Origin: Halocafeteria seosinensis
Taxonomy: Eukaryota
NCBI GenBank assembly: GCA_001687465.1
Contig: LVLI01000147.1
Location: forward strand, 1 to 37,239
Direction of reading: 5' to 3'
DNA: 37,239 nt
Shown: positions 11,001 to 21,169 of the stretch, piece by piece
Layout of the letters: every line of letters starts with the position of its first letter
Position numbering within the stretch: the first letter of the stretch is position 1
Translations under genes and position numbers: made by a program
The notes under the pieces: generated by a model
Told to the model about the DNA's origin: nothing
What the model saw: only the letters and a program-made list of their open reading frames with translations
Database searches by the model: none

Positions 11001-13380
11001 ACAACTGCAAAACATGTTCGCCAAAATGTGCAGGGACAAAACTATCGACGAGCATCAGATAGGAAACCCGTCGCTACTGACGAGTTCATGCCAGGGGTGG
11101 TAAGACTTTGTGTGATCCCGGATAATCTGGGACGTAATGTAGAACCAATCTTTTCTTTTCTGTTGGTCTCTGGTCGGTAACAGACTTACGAATGTCAACT
11201 GATTGCTACAAACGTCAGCGGAAACACAAAAGATTTGGAGATCATGTACCAAATTCCAAGTGTAAGCATAAATCGTTGTCTTGTCGTTCCACGACAGATG
11301 TCATAGTGTTCAATCATTGCAGGGTTCCATCAACCTGGGCAAATCTTCGACGTCCGGTGTACCCAGGAAAAGAACCAACGCATATTCGACATCAATAGTC
11401 GAGTATTCGTTTTACTTTCCCCAATTTGGCGAATACTCACATTATCCGATGCATGTTAGCAGTGAGGGTGAACTAGTTGCCCATGCATACCCTGCTATCA
11501 TTACCGTGTGCGAGCATGAGCCACCCCCAAAGGATACGCAGAGCTGGGAGTACATAGCTAAGCTAGGAAGCAGTGACGAAGTAAGTTGTGCTATAACAGA
11601 AGAGGTGAAATGACTTAGACGGAGGATACCGTCGTGGTGTGTCGCTTTGCAACTGGAATTGCAGGTACTGAAATTCCTGATTGAAGCTAGTCTGAAACAG
11701 AAAGATGTCAACCTCGGAAAAATTATGTGGAGGTGTGCCGACGAAGCGTTTTGGAAGCGGCTCGTAGATCTGTTGCAGGCACGCCGATACTATTTTGAAC
11801 CGGTATTTAAGTTAGGTTTTAAGTATTTCGACTTGGGTGCCATTGCTACATATCTTCTCCAGGAACGCCCCGAAAGCGTGGTCTTCAAATACCTTAGGCC
11901 CAAGTATTCCAGTGCATTCCTTAACGTGCTACCGGAGCCTTGGTCAGAGAGCAAAGTTTCAACCGAAAGCAGTCGCATTGTGCATGCTTCCCCTTTCCAG
12001 ATGGGCTCCGTCAACAACGGCTACCACCACCTGGAGTACTCCCCGTTGATTAATGCCCGGGCTCATCAACTTGGCGACGACAATCCCATACGAACTGACA
12101 AACAAAGAGATCAATGGAGAAAGCTCCTTACAGTAATTTGCTTCTATTCTCCTCGTTATCTCACCGGGGATCAGAGGATGGCAGTGTGTTATCACCTGCT
12201 ACTGCAAGACCGGATAAGCGAAGCAGATTCCATGTTCCAGTTGATCAAATGCTCTTCCGGTTGTGCACTCTCCGCCCTTGGTAGATATCGAGAGAAGTAT
12301 CCCCGTTTAGGTGCCGAGCACCCATGGAGTGAGGATGTTGACATTCCTAGTGCTGATCAGTTGCAGGAAACAAGCTGTACGGTGGCGTACGATTACATGA
12401 GCGCGTACCTAGAATTCCGTCACAAGCTTTCCAACGATGTGCTTGAGACAGCAAGGGCTGAAGCGGGAAGGCTGGAAACCGCAGTATCGGAAACAGCCAA
12501 TACCTTGCAGCTCTATCTATCGAATGTCGCTTTCGCCATTTTACCAGTAGCCAGTACCGTCGCTTCCAGGTACGTCGGTTTCCAAGCAGTTCACTGGCAA
12601 CGCAAGTTTGAAGATGTCACTCAGCAATTGATTCAACTTTCGAAATACGTTTGTTCCCCTGGTTTGCGGAACAACTTGACTGATAGTTCGCGCTTGCAAG
12701 GTGTGCAAGTTCCGGATGAATCAATTGAGTCTCGCGACCGAAAGCTTTTGGAGAAGGAAGCTGAAACACCGTCGGTGAGTGTCTCGACGGAGCAGTCGGA
12801 TGTGAAGATAATATTCCGGAATGTTGAACAGGTGATACTCAACTATTACTTGATTGACGTAGAGCTGTTATTCTCTAAGGTCCCGTTTGAACTACTGCAA
12901 CCTGGTAGCAGTAAAGAGTTCACGTTGGTTCAGCCTTTCTTGACTCGGACGGTGGACGTTTCGACGTCTCTTGAGAAAGGCAAGCTTTGTTCTCACCTGG
13001 AGCCCGTACCGGAATCGCTGACCGATAAGAGTATGATCATTCAGTGTACTAGTTTGGATGGGTCATGCGAATCCAATACGACTCAATATTCGACGTCCAT
13101 GGACGTCCGGGTGTTGGCGCGTCATGGCCTAGTTGCTGTTCGTGACCAAGCCTCTAAAGAGCCACTTCCTGGAGTCTACGTGAAAGTATATGCCCGAACT
13201 TCGAAACAGAGTCCAGCTTTCTTCTACAAGGACGGCTACACTGACATCGTGGGGAAGTTTGACTATGCCATGGGTATCAGAGGCTGTCAACAAGCTCACT
13301 CCTTTGCTCTGTTGGTGCAGTCCCGCACTCAAGGTTCCACTGTGGTGGAAGCGGAAGCAACTCTTCGGCAGAAATCGTAA
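5045..13380 (+). CDS. Very large (about 2,300-2,400 aa) conserved uncharacterised protein, at least 17 exons
   Basis: ORF pieces join in frame via GT-AG introns (e.g. 5246-5310, 5605-5706, 5782-5851, 6857-6928, with further donors near 6005, 6208, 6367, 7180, 7838, 8024, 9327, 10482, 10968, 11100, 11262, 11581). Motifs include FLERFALA, VYELNLPNFY..TDIDLDGL, RYIL..RPSLLMNP, HLEYSPLINARAHQLG, YYLIDVELLFSKVPF and VYVKVYAR..FYKDGYTDIVGKFDY. Confidence 0.85.
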
Positions 13381-13417
13381 TATACCCCCGATTATCCAAA
13401 GCCGGGGGAACTAAAAG

Positions 13418-13790
13418 GTGTGTGTGTGTGGGTGTGGGTGTCTTTTCAACAACCAACGGTAGTACCTATAATGGATGACAAGAAACTGGTCTCATTATTC
13501 CCACCTGCGCATTCACTGCCTTCGAAAGTGCCAAATCCATCCCCACCATTGAATACACTGAATCAATGACACAGTGACTGAACCATGATCCATCCATTAT
13601 TCATACATACATACATACGCACGCATCGTCTGTCCCCCCTCCCTCCTCCCAAACGAACGGACACTTCCTTCCTTCCTTCTCTCTGCGACCTTCCCTCTGT
13701 CCGAGGCAACAGTGAGTGAGGGAGGAAGGAAGGAATCCGTCGTATTGTCAGCGGACGGACGGAGGTCCGGCTAGCATAGCATAGTAAACA
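13418..13790. repeat. Microsatellite-rich intergenic region: (GT)n, (CATA)n, (CTTC)n, (GGAA)n, (GGAC)n, (AGCAT)n
   Basis: Short tandem repeats are directly visible. Confidence 0.8.
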
Positions 13791-16700
13791 TGCTGAACAG
13801 CAATGGGAGTCTTGTGGGGGGAGGAGGGGGGTCCTCCTCCTCCTCCTCCTCCCATAAACGCCGAGGCACCGCGGCTTTCTCTCTCTCTTCCAGTACGTGT
13901 CTATTTTTTTGTGTCTCACACACACGCACGCACACACTTGCTTGCTTGCTCACTTGTGATGGNTATTGTGCAGCACGGGTGCTCGTGGGCTTGATGGGCG
14001 CATTGGCTTTGTTTCTGTTTGGAATGGGCTTTGGCCTCGTCTGGAACCTCCCGGGAGCTGAGTCCCCCCGGGACGGAGGGATGATGAAGATGGTATCCAC
14101 CGCCGATTCCACGCGCACCACCACCACCTCCTCCATGTCCTCCAATGGGAATGGGAATGGGAATGGGAATGGAAAGGGGGGCCTCAGTGGACTGCGGCGG
14201 TCCATCGCGGACCAAGTGAAAACGGAAGGGCAACAATTATTCCATGCACCGCATCAGCACCACTTACGGCACGACCACCAACCCCAGCCACGCGAAGCAC
14301 CGGCAGGAAGTTTAACTGGACAACAGCAACAAGAGAGCTCTCAGCAGATGAGTTCGGGGCAGCAGTCAGTCCCCGGATCATCGACCACCACCACTAGTAC
14401 TAGTAGTAGTAGTAGTAGTAGTAGCAGTGCGACACAACAACAACAACAACAACAACAACAACGACCACCCCCACCGCAAGAGAAGGAGAAGGAGAAGAAG
14501 GAGGAGGAGCCACAGCCAGAGTATCCGGATGTGTTTCTATCGTTGCCCGGAAACAAGGGGTTGCGCAGCTCCACCGTGGGGGATTATGCTGATATGTCGT
14601 TTATTGCGTGGATTTACCTGGACTCGACGCTGCAAAAACAGCGGTCCGATATTCAGACAATAGCCTCCACACGCGATTCAGGGTGTGGTAAAAGCCAACG
14701 ACATCTTGGGTGGCACTTTCATGTAAATGAATGGCAGACTGTCAATCGAGCACTACGGCTAGAATGGGGCGCGGGAGAAACCGGGTGTATTACTTTGAGC
14801 TCGGATCCGAACGCTATCCCACTAGACAAGTGGGTACACGTAGGATTTGCCTTTCAGTCACCTAGTACACAATTGAATCGACCGGGACGAGCGTTGCTAT
14901 TCATGGATGGCAAGTTATTAAAACAAGCTGAAATCGATGCTCGACCTTTGCAAACTGCCCCGGGTATGAACATCGGGATGACCAATGATGGCAAATACGG
15001 ATGGGGAGGTAGGATAGCATTTCCTCTCATGACAAAGACTGTCATCTCACCTTCACAGTTGCAATATTTCTTAAACTTTAGAAAAGCGTCATCCTGGAAG
15101 GAAGTGACCAAAGCAGCGCAAGATATCGCGACTCTGTCGCTCGTATGTGGCGACTCTGCGACGAATCCCACTGGCTGCACAGACCTAATCTCCTCACAAC
15201 AATTAAAGGAAGAGACTACATCAAAACAAGGGGGTGGTGGAGGAGAAAAAGGAGGAGGAGGAGGAGGAAACACTGACTCTGTTTCTTCTCAACGCGAAAA
15301 CGATGACAAAACCACGCCAACCAAGACAGAGTTTTCGGAGAGCACAAGTCCCTTCATGAAAGACGGGAGCGGACCAAAGAAGCAAGAGCCTATAGGAACT
15401 GGCCAAGCAGCACGCCGTTTTTTGAAAGAAGCTAGCGAAAATGGCAATCAGTGGATAAGCCAGTTGATGCATATGTCTCCTGAGCAGGTCTCCGGCACCA
15501 CGGACGATCATACCGCTTTAGTACGCGGTACATGGGATGACCGAAGTACGGTTGAGGAACGTACGAAGTCAGACGAGCTGGGCCGGGAACGGGCATCCAT
15601 TATTCGACAAGCTATGAAACATTCCTGGGATGGGTATTCCAAGAAAGCAATGGGAGCCGATGAGGTTCGTCCAAAGTCTGGTGCACCGTTCAATAATTGG
15701 GGTTCAATGGCTATGACGCTAATTGATGCTATGGATACCCTGTATGTCATGGGAATGGAGCAAGAATTTGACGAAGCTGTGAATTGGCTTGCGAAAAGCT
15801 TCCGAATACAAGGTGATAGACCTGTCAGTGTTTTCGAAACCAACATCAGAGCACTGGGCGGTCTGCTGGGGGCGTATGAACTGTCGCAACGAGACATCCT
15901 CTTGGAAAAAGCTCGGGAAGTGGGTGACATGCTTTTGAAGGCATTTGACACACCTACAGGCATACCTAGAGCTTCCATCACAATGCGAACGGGAAAAGCG
16001 TCAGGATCCGGGTGGGCTGGTAGCCAGAGTGTGCTCGCAGAAATTGGCACCTTGCAACTAGAATTCAGGCACCTCTCTTGGCGAACCGGTGATACGAAAT
16101 ACGCTGTTGCTGCTGAAAGAGTAATACATGTACTAAAAAACTCAAAGACTCCAGCCGAGATACCGGAAGGACTTTATCCCGTCTACATCAACCCAAACAC
16201 GGGTATGATATCAAATAAAATGGTTAGCTTTGGTGCCTTGGGCGACAGTTTCTATGAGTACCTGCTCAAAGTGTGGCTCCAAGGTGGGGAATTGGATGAC
16301 GAGAAAATGTATCGAGAAATGTATGATAAAGCAATCGATTCGATGTTTGGGAACATGTTGCTTCATTCTGATCCTAGCAGGTATGAATACATTGGTGCAT
16401 TAAGCGGTTCCAGCACAGTTAAGAAGCTAGAGCATCTCGGGTGCTTCGTTCCTGGTATGGTCGCTCTAGGCGCATATAAGTCCAAAGGCACTGACCGGGA
16501 CGGAAAAAAGGATTACGTCCTGCAACATGCAAAAGCGATGATGTACACCTGCTTCAAAATGTATGAACATACGGCTACAGGCCTTTCCCCTGAACATGTT
16601 TCGTTTAGAGGAGGTAACGATTTCAGCATAGATCCGCGAGGGGCGTTCTACATGCTGCGACCTGAAACATCGGAATCACTCTTTATTTTACACCAACTAA

Positions 16701-16963
16701 CTGGCCATCCAATTTACAGAGAGTGGGGATGGAAGATCTTTCAGGCTATTGATAAATACTGTAAGTTACCGTTTGGTTACGGACACCATCCTGATGTGCG
16801 GAGCACCACAAGGCAACCAGATGACAGGCAGGAGAGCTTTTTCTTGGCGGAGACTCTGAAGTACTTGTACATGCTTCAGTCACCAGACCACCCCATTAGT
16901 TTAGATAAATTCGTGTTTAACACAGAAGCACATCCGCTTCGACGCTTTGACTTTTCTGAGTGA
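13790..16963 (+). CDS. Class I alpha-1,2-mannosidase (GH47), type II membrane protein with low-complexity stem and LamG/ConA-like domain; probable in-frame intron 13893-13973
   Basis: TM segment VLVGLMGALALFLFGMGFGLVW. GH47 motifs AMKHSWDGY..AMGADEVRP, TLIDAMDTL, VFETNIRALGGLL, GALGDSFYEYLLK, EHLGCFVPG, LRPETSES, ESFFLAETLKY, FNTEAHP. LamG-like SFIAWIY...IPLDKWVHVGF...LFMDGKL. The 81-nt gtacgt...gtgcag segment removes an implausible peptide. Confidence 0.93.
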   Translation: MLNSNGSLVGGGGGSSSSSSSHKRRGTAAFSLSSSTCLFFCVSHTRTHTLACLLTCDXYCAARVLVGLMGALALFLFGMGFGLVWNLPGAESPRDGGMMKMVSTADSTRTTTTSSMSSNGNGNGNGNGKGGLSGLRRSIADQVKTEGQQLFHAPHQHHLRHDHQPQPREAPAGSLTGQQQQESSQQMSSGQQSVPGSSTTTTSTSSSSSSSSSATQQQQQQQQQRPPPPQEKEKEKKEEEPQPEYPDVFLSLPGNKGLRSSTVGDYADMSFIAWIYLDSTLQKQRSDIQTIASTRDSGCGKSQRHLGWHFHVNEWQTVNRALRLEWGAGETGCITLSSDPNAIPLDKWVHVGFAFQSPSTQLNRPGRALLFMDGKLLKQAEIDARPLQTAPGMNIGMTNDGKYGWGGRIAFPLMTKTVISPSQLQYFLNFRKASSWKEVTKAAQDIATLSLVCGDSATNPTGCTDLISSQQLKEETTSKQGGGGGEKGGGGGGNTDSVSSQRENDDKTTPTKTEFSESTSPFMKDGSGPKKQEPIGTGQAARRFLKEASENGNQWISQLMHMSPEQVSGTTDDHTALVRGTWDDRSTVEERTKSDELGRERASIIRQAMKHSWDGYSKKAMGADEVRPKSGAPFNNWGSMAMTLIDAMDTLYVMGMEQEFDEAVNWLAKSFRIQGDRPVSVFETNIRALGGLLGAYELSQRDILLEKAREVGDMLLKAFDTPTGIPRASITMRTGKASGSGWAGSQSVLAEIGTLQLEFRHLSWRTGDTKYAVAAERVIHVLKNSKTPAEIPEGLYPVYINPNTGMISNKMVSFGALGDSFYEYLLKVWLQGGELDDEKMYREMYDKAIDSMFGNMLLHSDPSRYEYIGALSGSSTVKKLEHLGCFVPGMVALGAYKSKGTDRDGKKDYVLQHAKAMMYTCFKMYEHTATGLSPEHVSFRGGNDFSIDPRGAFYMLRPETSESLFILHQLTGHPIYREWGWKIFQAIDKYCKLPFGYGHHPDVRSTTRQPDDRQESFFLAETLKYLYMLQSPDHPISLDKFVFNTEAHPLRRFDFSE
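14146..14510 (+). repeat. Coding microsatellites (GGGAAT)n, (AGT)n, (CAA)n, (GAGAAG)n giving poly-NG, poly-S, poly-Q and EK tracts
   Basis: Directly visible within the GH47 stem. Confidence 0.9.
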
Positions 16964-17109
16964 AAAACTGCTATAGGTTACCGCTTAATGAGTCTCCGTG
17001 AATAATCATACATATACACATCCGGGAACAAGGAGGGGAACATAAATATATTTTCTAAGATCTACAGACATATTCGGTTTCTGTCGAACGTATAGTTAGG
17101 TTGTAAACT

Positions 17110-20029
17110 TTAGGAGCCTTTTGTACCCACACCGATGAGAGCACTTTGCACACCGCCTCCACCAATCATTGGGTTCTTAACCGCTGGATCATCCTTGAGA
17201 TTATCCGGGAAAGGTGTCTGGCCATACGATTCATTGGTCACCTCAATCTCTAAATGATCCTCATTTATTTCCCGAGTAGAATGGTAGTACGCCAGAGCTG
17301 CACGGAAGTGTTTCAGATCTGGTCGTCCTTCCAATAGACCTTGCTGGGGTCGAGCAGCTACCCGACCGATCTTGAAGGGGGCGGGGCCATACCCTCCTTC
17401 TCGTCCAAGGGCCACATCAAGAGTGGCAGTATCCTTGTTGCAGCACTTGCACATGTCTTTCAAAATGCGCTGGCAGCAATTCGCCACGGGCATACTGAAC
17501 CTTGCCATCATTCTCATGGCTTCGATTTCCTGCAGGGGTGCCCAAAGCATGAGCTTGGCTTCCCCTTGGCACATCTCCATTTTGCACGTGTTGTTTACCT
17601 CTTGCAAAGACAGCATACGATGTGTAGTCAGCACCAGGAACTGGTCCAGCTTCCATGGGCGGCAACCACACGTGAAGAATTTCACTAACTCTGTCGCGCT
17701 TGGAACGTCACCCATGGTAAGACAAATGACACAGGGATTACTAAGGAACGGCTGAATGTTGTACAGGTTGTCAGATCGAATGACAGAGCAGATTTCTTCA
17801 CCATCCCACAGATTGACGCGCTCGGCAACACTCTCAACATCCTCACTGTTTGGCAGGCTTCCCTTCGCCGGTGCAGGAATCGCCTGTTCCGTAGCACATG
17901 CACGCTCGATTGTGTGCATGAATGCATACATCCGTTGCTTCATCTTCTCCGGGACTTTGGGAGTCCATGGCCACTTTTCGGACATGATCGGTTGAATCCG
18001 GAGGGCGCCATAAGTAGTTTCCACGTCAGTCGAATAGCCCAACTCTCCCTTTGGGTCGGTGATCATCATACCACCTTTGAGTTCTCCCATGAAATAACAA
18101 GACATACTAAAGTCGTAGTTGCCATCTAGTGAACGATATTCCGAAACGCTGAATGCTCGATGAGTTGTCAGGATGGCAGCGCTATCAGTCTTGTACTTTC
18201 GTTTGCATGTGATTGTAGGCACAAAAATGCATTCCCACCAACTTATTCGCGGCTGGATCACAATGGCATCGACCACCTTTTCGTTCTCACCGAATGGAAA
18301 CTTGGCTGCGTCAATGGACACTTTATTATTGACAACCAACTTTGAGTCAGCCGCTTCGTCCATGTCTTGAGAATGTTCCACAATGAAACAATGCGGATTA
18401 GGCTCCATCTTAGCGAGGGGTGCGTTGGTCTTCTTAGCATTCGTCACGAACTTTGCGAGAGAAATCAACTCTGCCCACGCTTTTCCTTGTTCTTTGTGGT
18501 ATCCGTCTTTCCATTCCTCAGTGCTATAGGATTCAACGTCCAGTGCGAACTGGCCTCTACCACCAAACGTACTCGCAATAGCCGCTCCAGGGTAATAGAA
18601 TACGCCACAGGTACCGAAGTGGTAACAACCCTCACCTACAATTGCCCCAAGGTTAGAAAGTATCCCAAAGACTTCACCAGCAATATCGAAAGGAGTGTCT
18701 CCACCGGCAGACTCATTGCCTTTGAGAGCGCCAATAAGGAAGTCAGACCTAGTCCACTCGGGTTTGTACAGACCTTGAATAGCTCCAGTATCGGTCAGCC
18801 CTGGAAATGAAGTGAACTCGATTGCTACGTTCGTCGGATATAATATCTAAGTCGAGCGCGTGTAACGTACCCATTCCATTCAGCAGTCTAGTAGTTGGAT
18901 AGGTTTCTCCGAAAAAGAGCCTCATAACTACGTGGCTGTATACTCCGCACATACTGCATGGACCGCATTTGTTCTCCCGGCGAACCAGCATCTGTGAACG
19001 AAGCGTCATAATGAATCGACCATTCGTAGCATCAACAAGCAACTATTTTACATACCTGGAATGAGTTCAAATCATCTAGGTGATACCACTCCATGTTGGT
19101 GTGGGAATCGAAGCCAATGGTCGCTCCTTTCTTCATACCGTTGCACCCGTTGTGCCACAACATGATTCTACCCTGCAAACTTCGAGGACATTGGAGATGT
19201 TCAAGCACAATGATCTACCTTGTAGTGGAGGACATACCTTGTCAGTGATACAGACACGAGTCCTGTCGTTTCCAATGCCAAAGAAACGGCAGCACCCACA
19301 CAGATTGATCCAGATCCAGTAACTGTACCGAAGAAGAGCATAAACCCACACCGATTAAAGTCAAGGATCTCACTTTGGTGTGGGATTAAAACAACCACTT
19401 ACATGCCGCATGTGAGAATGTACAACACTTTGAGCATGTTACCACTTCGGCCTTGATCCACCTGAAACGCACGGAATTCACGAACAATGGTCTCGCCTGC
19501 AAACATTCACGTGCAATCGCTTCCAAACTTCCTGCGTGTGTCACAGTATCGGTTCGGTTGAGCAACTTACCTGGTAGCAATTCCGGTCCAAAAATTTCCG
19601 GGTTGTTTTCATTCGTGATCTGCGAGGCACAAGAGGAAAGAGAAATTCCACATCAACATGACAAGTGGTGCGCGACTAGCGCCACTCGGCTCTAGCTCCA
19701 AAAAAGTCGCTTTAGAATGGAGCTCGTCGTTACCGTTGTCCCACCTAAACCGCAGGAAGTACCCCTATATCCCGCTTGCCCTTTGGCTCCCCCTTTGCAA
19801 CCCACCCTCACGTCTTTTGTTGAAGTCGGTTCGGACTTCGCTTTGCTCATGGCTTGCAATTGGCGCTCCCCCTTCGTTGTCCCTTGAGAACCCTTTTTGT
19901 AGTTTATGAGTGTACATCGTTTGAGAGATCTGGAAGATACAAGTGCCGCAAACATACCATTCCCGCCACATCCGTGTAGACGCGATCCTGCTCGGGATCG
20001 TCCACGGTGTTAATGAGGACAGAGGACAT
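17110..20029 (-). CDS. Uncharacterised multi-exon protein, paralog A (three bPH-like repeats, Cys-rich)
   Basis: Exon1 20029-19958 MSSVLINTVDDPEQDRVYTDVAGM; exon2 19619-19571 ITNENNPEIFGPELLP; exon3 from 19496 GETIVREF; long final exon to the stop at 17110. Collinear with paralogs B and C. Confidence 0.85.
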
Positions 20030-21169
20030 CTTGTTGGAGTTAGTGATACACTATACAACGCAAAATACGGTCCGTATTTCTTCGGTTAACCAGGCCACAG
20101 CAAGCAATAAATTGCTTCTCCTGGCCAAAAAAACGCAAAGAAACAAACACACGAGCGTATGTATGTTTCCCTCTCGCTTTCCACGCAACGAGAAGTCAGA
20201 AACAGAGTGAGTATGCAACGACAACAAACCCTGTAGGAACCCGAATCTGCTACCTGAAGTCCAGTTGGCCCAGCTCCGGGACGGTACGGCCGTAGGTCTA
20301 CCGTGGCCAACGGTTTTCTGTCCGCACCACAGCGGCAGCACCCCGCCATGGCACGGGGACCGTCCGGCAAGAGGACGAGATATTCCATGCACACCAAGGG
20401 TTGATGTGTTACTCTATGAGCAAAAAGAGACCAATCTCCTGAAAATGCGCTGTGCAGATTTCGTCGACATTGGGAAATAAGGGTACAAGTCAGAACAGTT
20501 AACTTCAACTTCGGGTTGACACAGCTGGCAACCGGGCAGAAACTCGGTAGGAGGAATTTCTTAGAACAGGACACACATAGGGGTGGCAAGAACTCAGCCG
20601 AACCGACTTCGAATGCGGGTGGCGTTAAAGCTGCCCCGTCAATTTCCAAACAGCTCGGAGCAAGCCTTCCCACCGGCGCTTAGAATCTGCGAATTTCAGC
20701 ATCACTACCACCGAATCTGGTCCTGTCCGTCATTACAAATGATACTTGAGAACACCTAACCCCACGTCTCTTAAGCATCAAAACCGAAACCTTGCAGAGC
20801 GCATACTTACGCTACTTGAACATCACGGCTCCGTTTGCTCAATAGTGATGCAGGCACCGTGCAGGGTGATACATGTATGCAGCGGGAGGGTTGCATCATA
20901 TCTACCGTACTTGTTCTAGCACGTGTCTGTGGTTGGTTGCTTGAGAAACGCTTGGCAGCTCGTGTCGAAACATTCTCGCCCGTTGATCCTGGAAATGGTT
21001 GGATGAAGATGGCTTCTGCTTCCTTCTGGCGATTTGAAGTTCAGCCGGTGCTTTGGCAGAACGCTACCAGCAAGAACTCGCAGAAATATCCCGTGCATTT
21101 GACAAAAGGTCAAGCGAGTGTGCTACCAATATGTCGGTTATAACGGCGCTCTTAACTTAGTCGCTCTGC

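Noticed and set aside
5045..13380. Fragmented ORFs as evidence of stop-codon recoding, an alternative genetic code or a pseudogene
   Set aside because: Every break examined is resolved by a canonical GT-AG intron that keeps the frame.
20086..21143. ORFs of 195, 113 and 102 aa upstream of paralog A
   Set aside because: No recognisable motifs or consistent splice structure; probably non-coding or heavily decayed.
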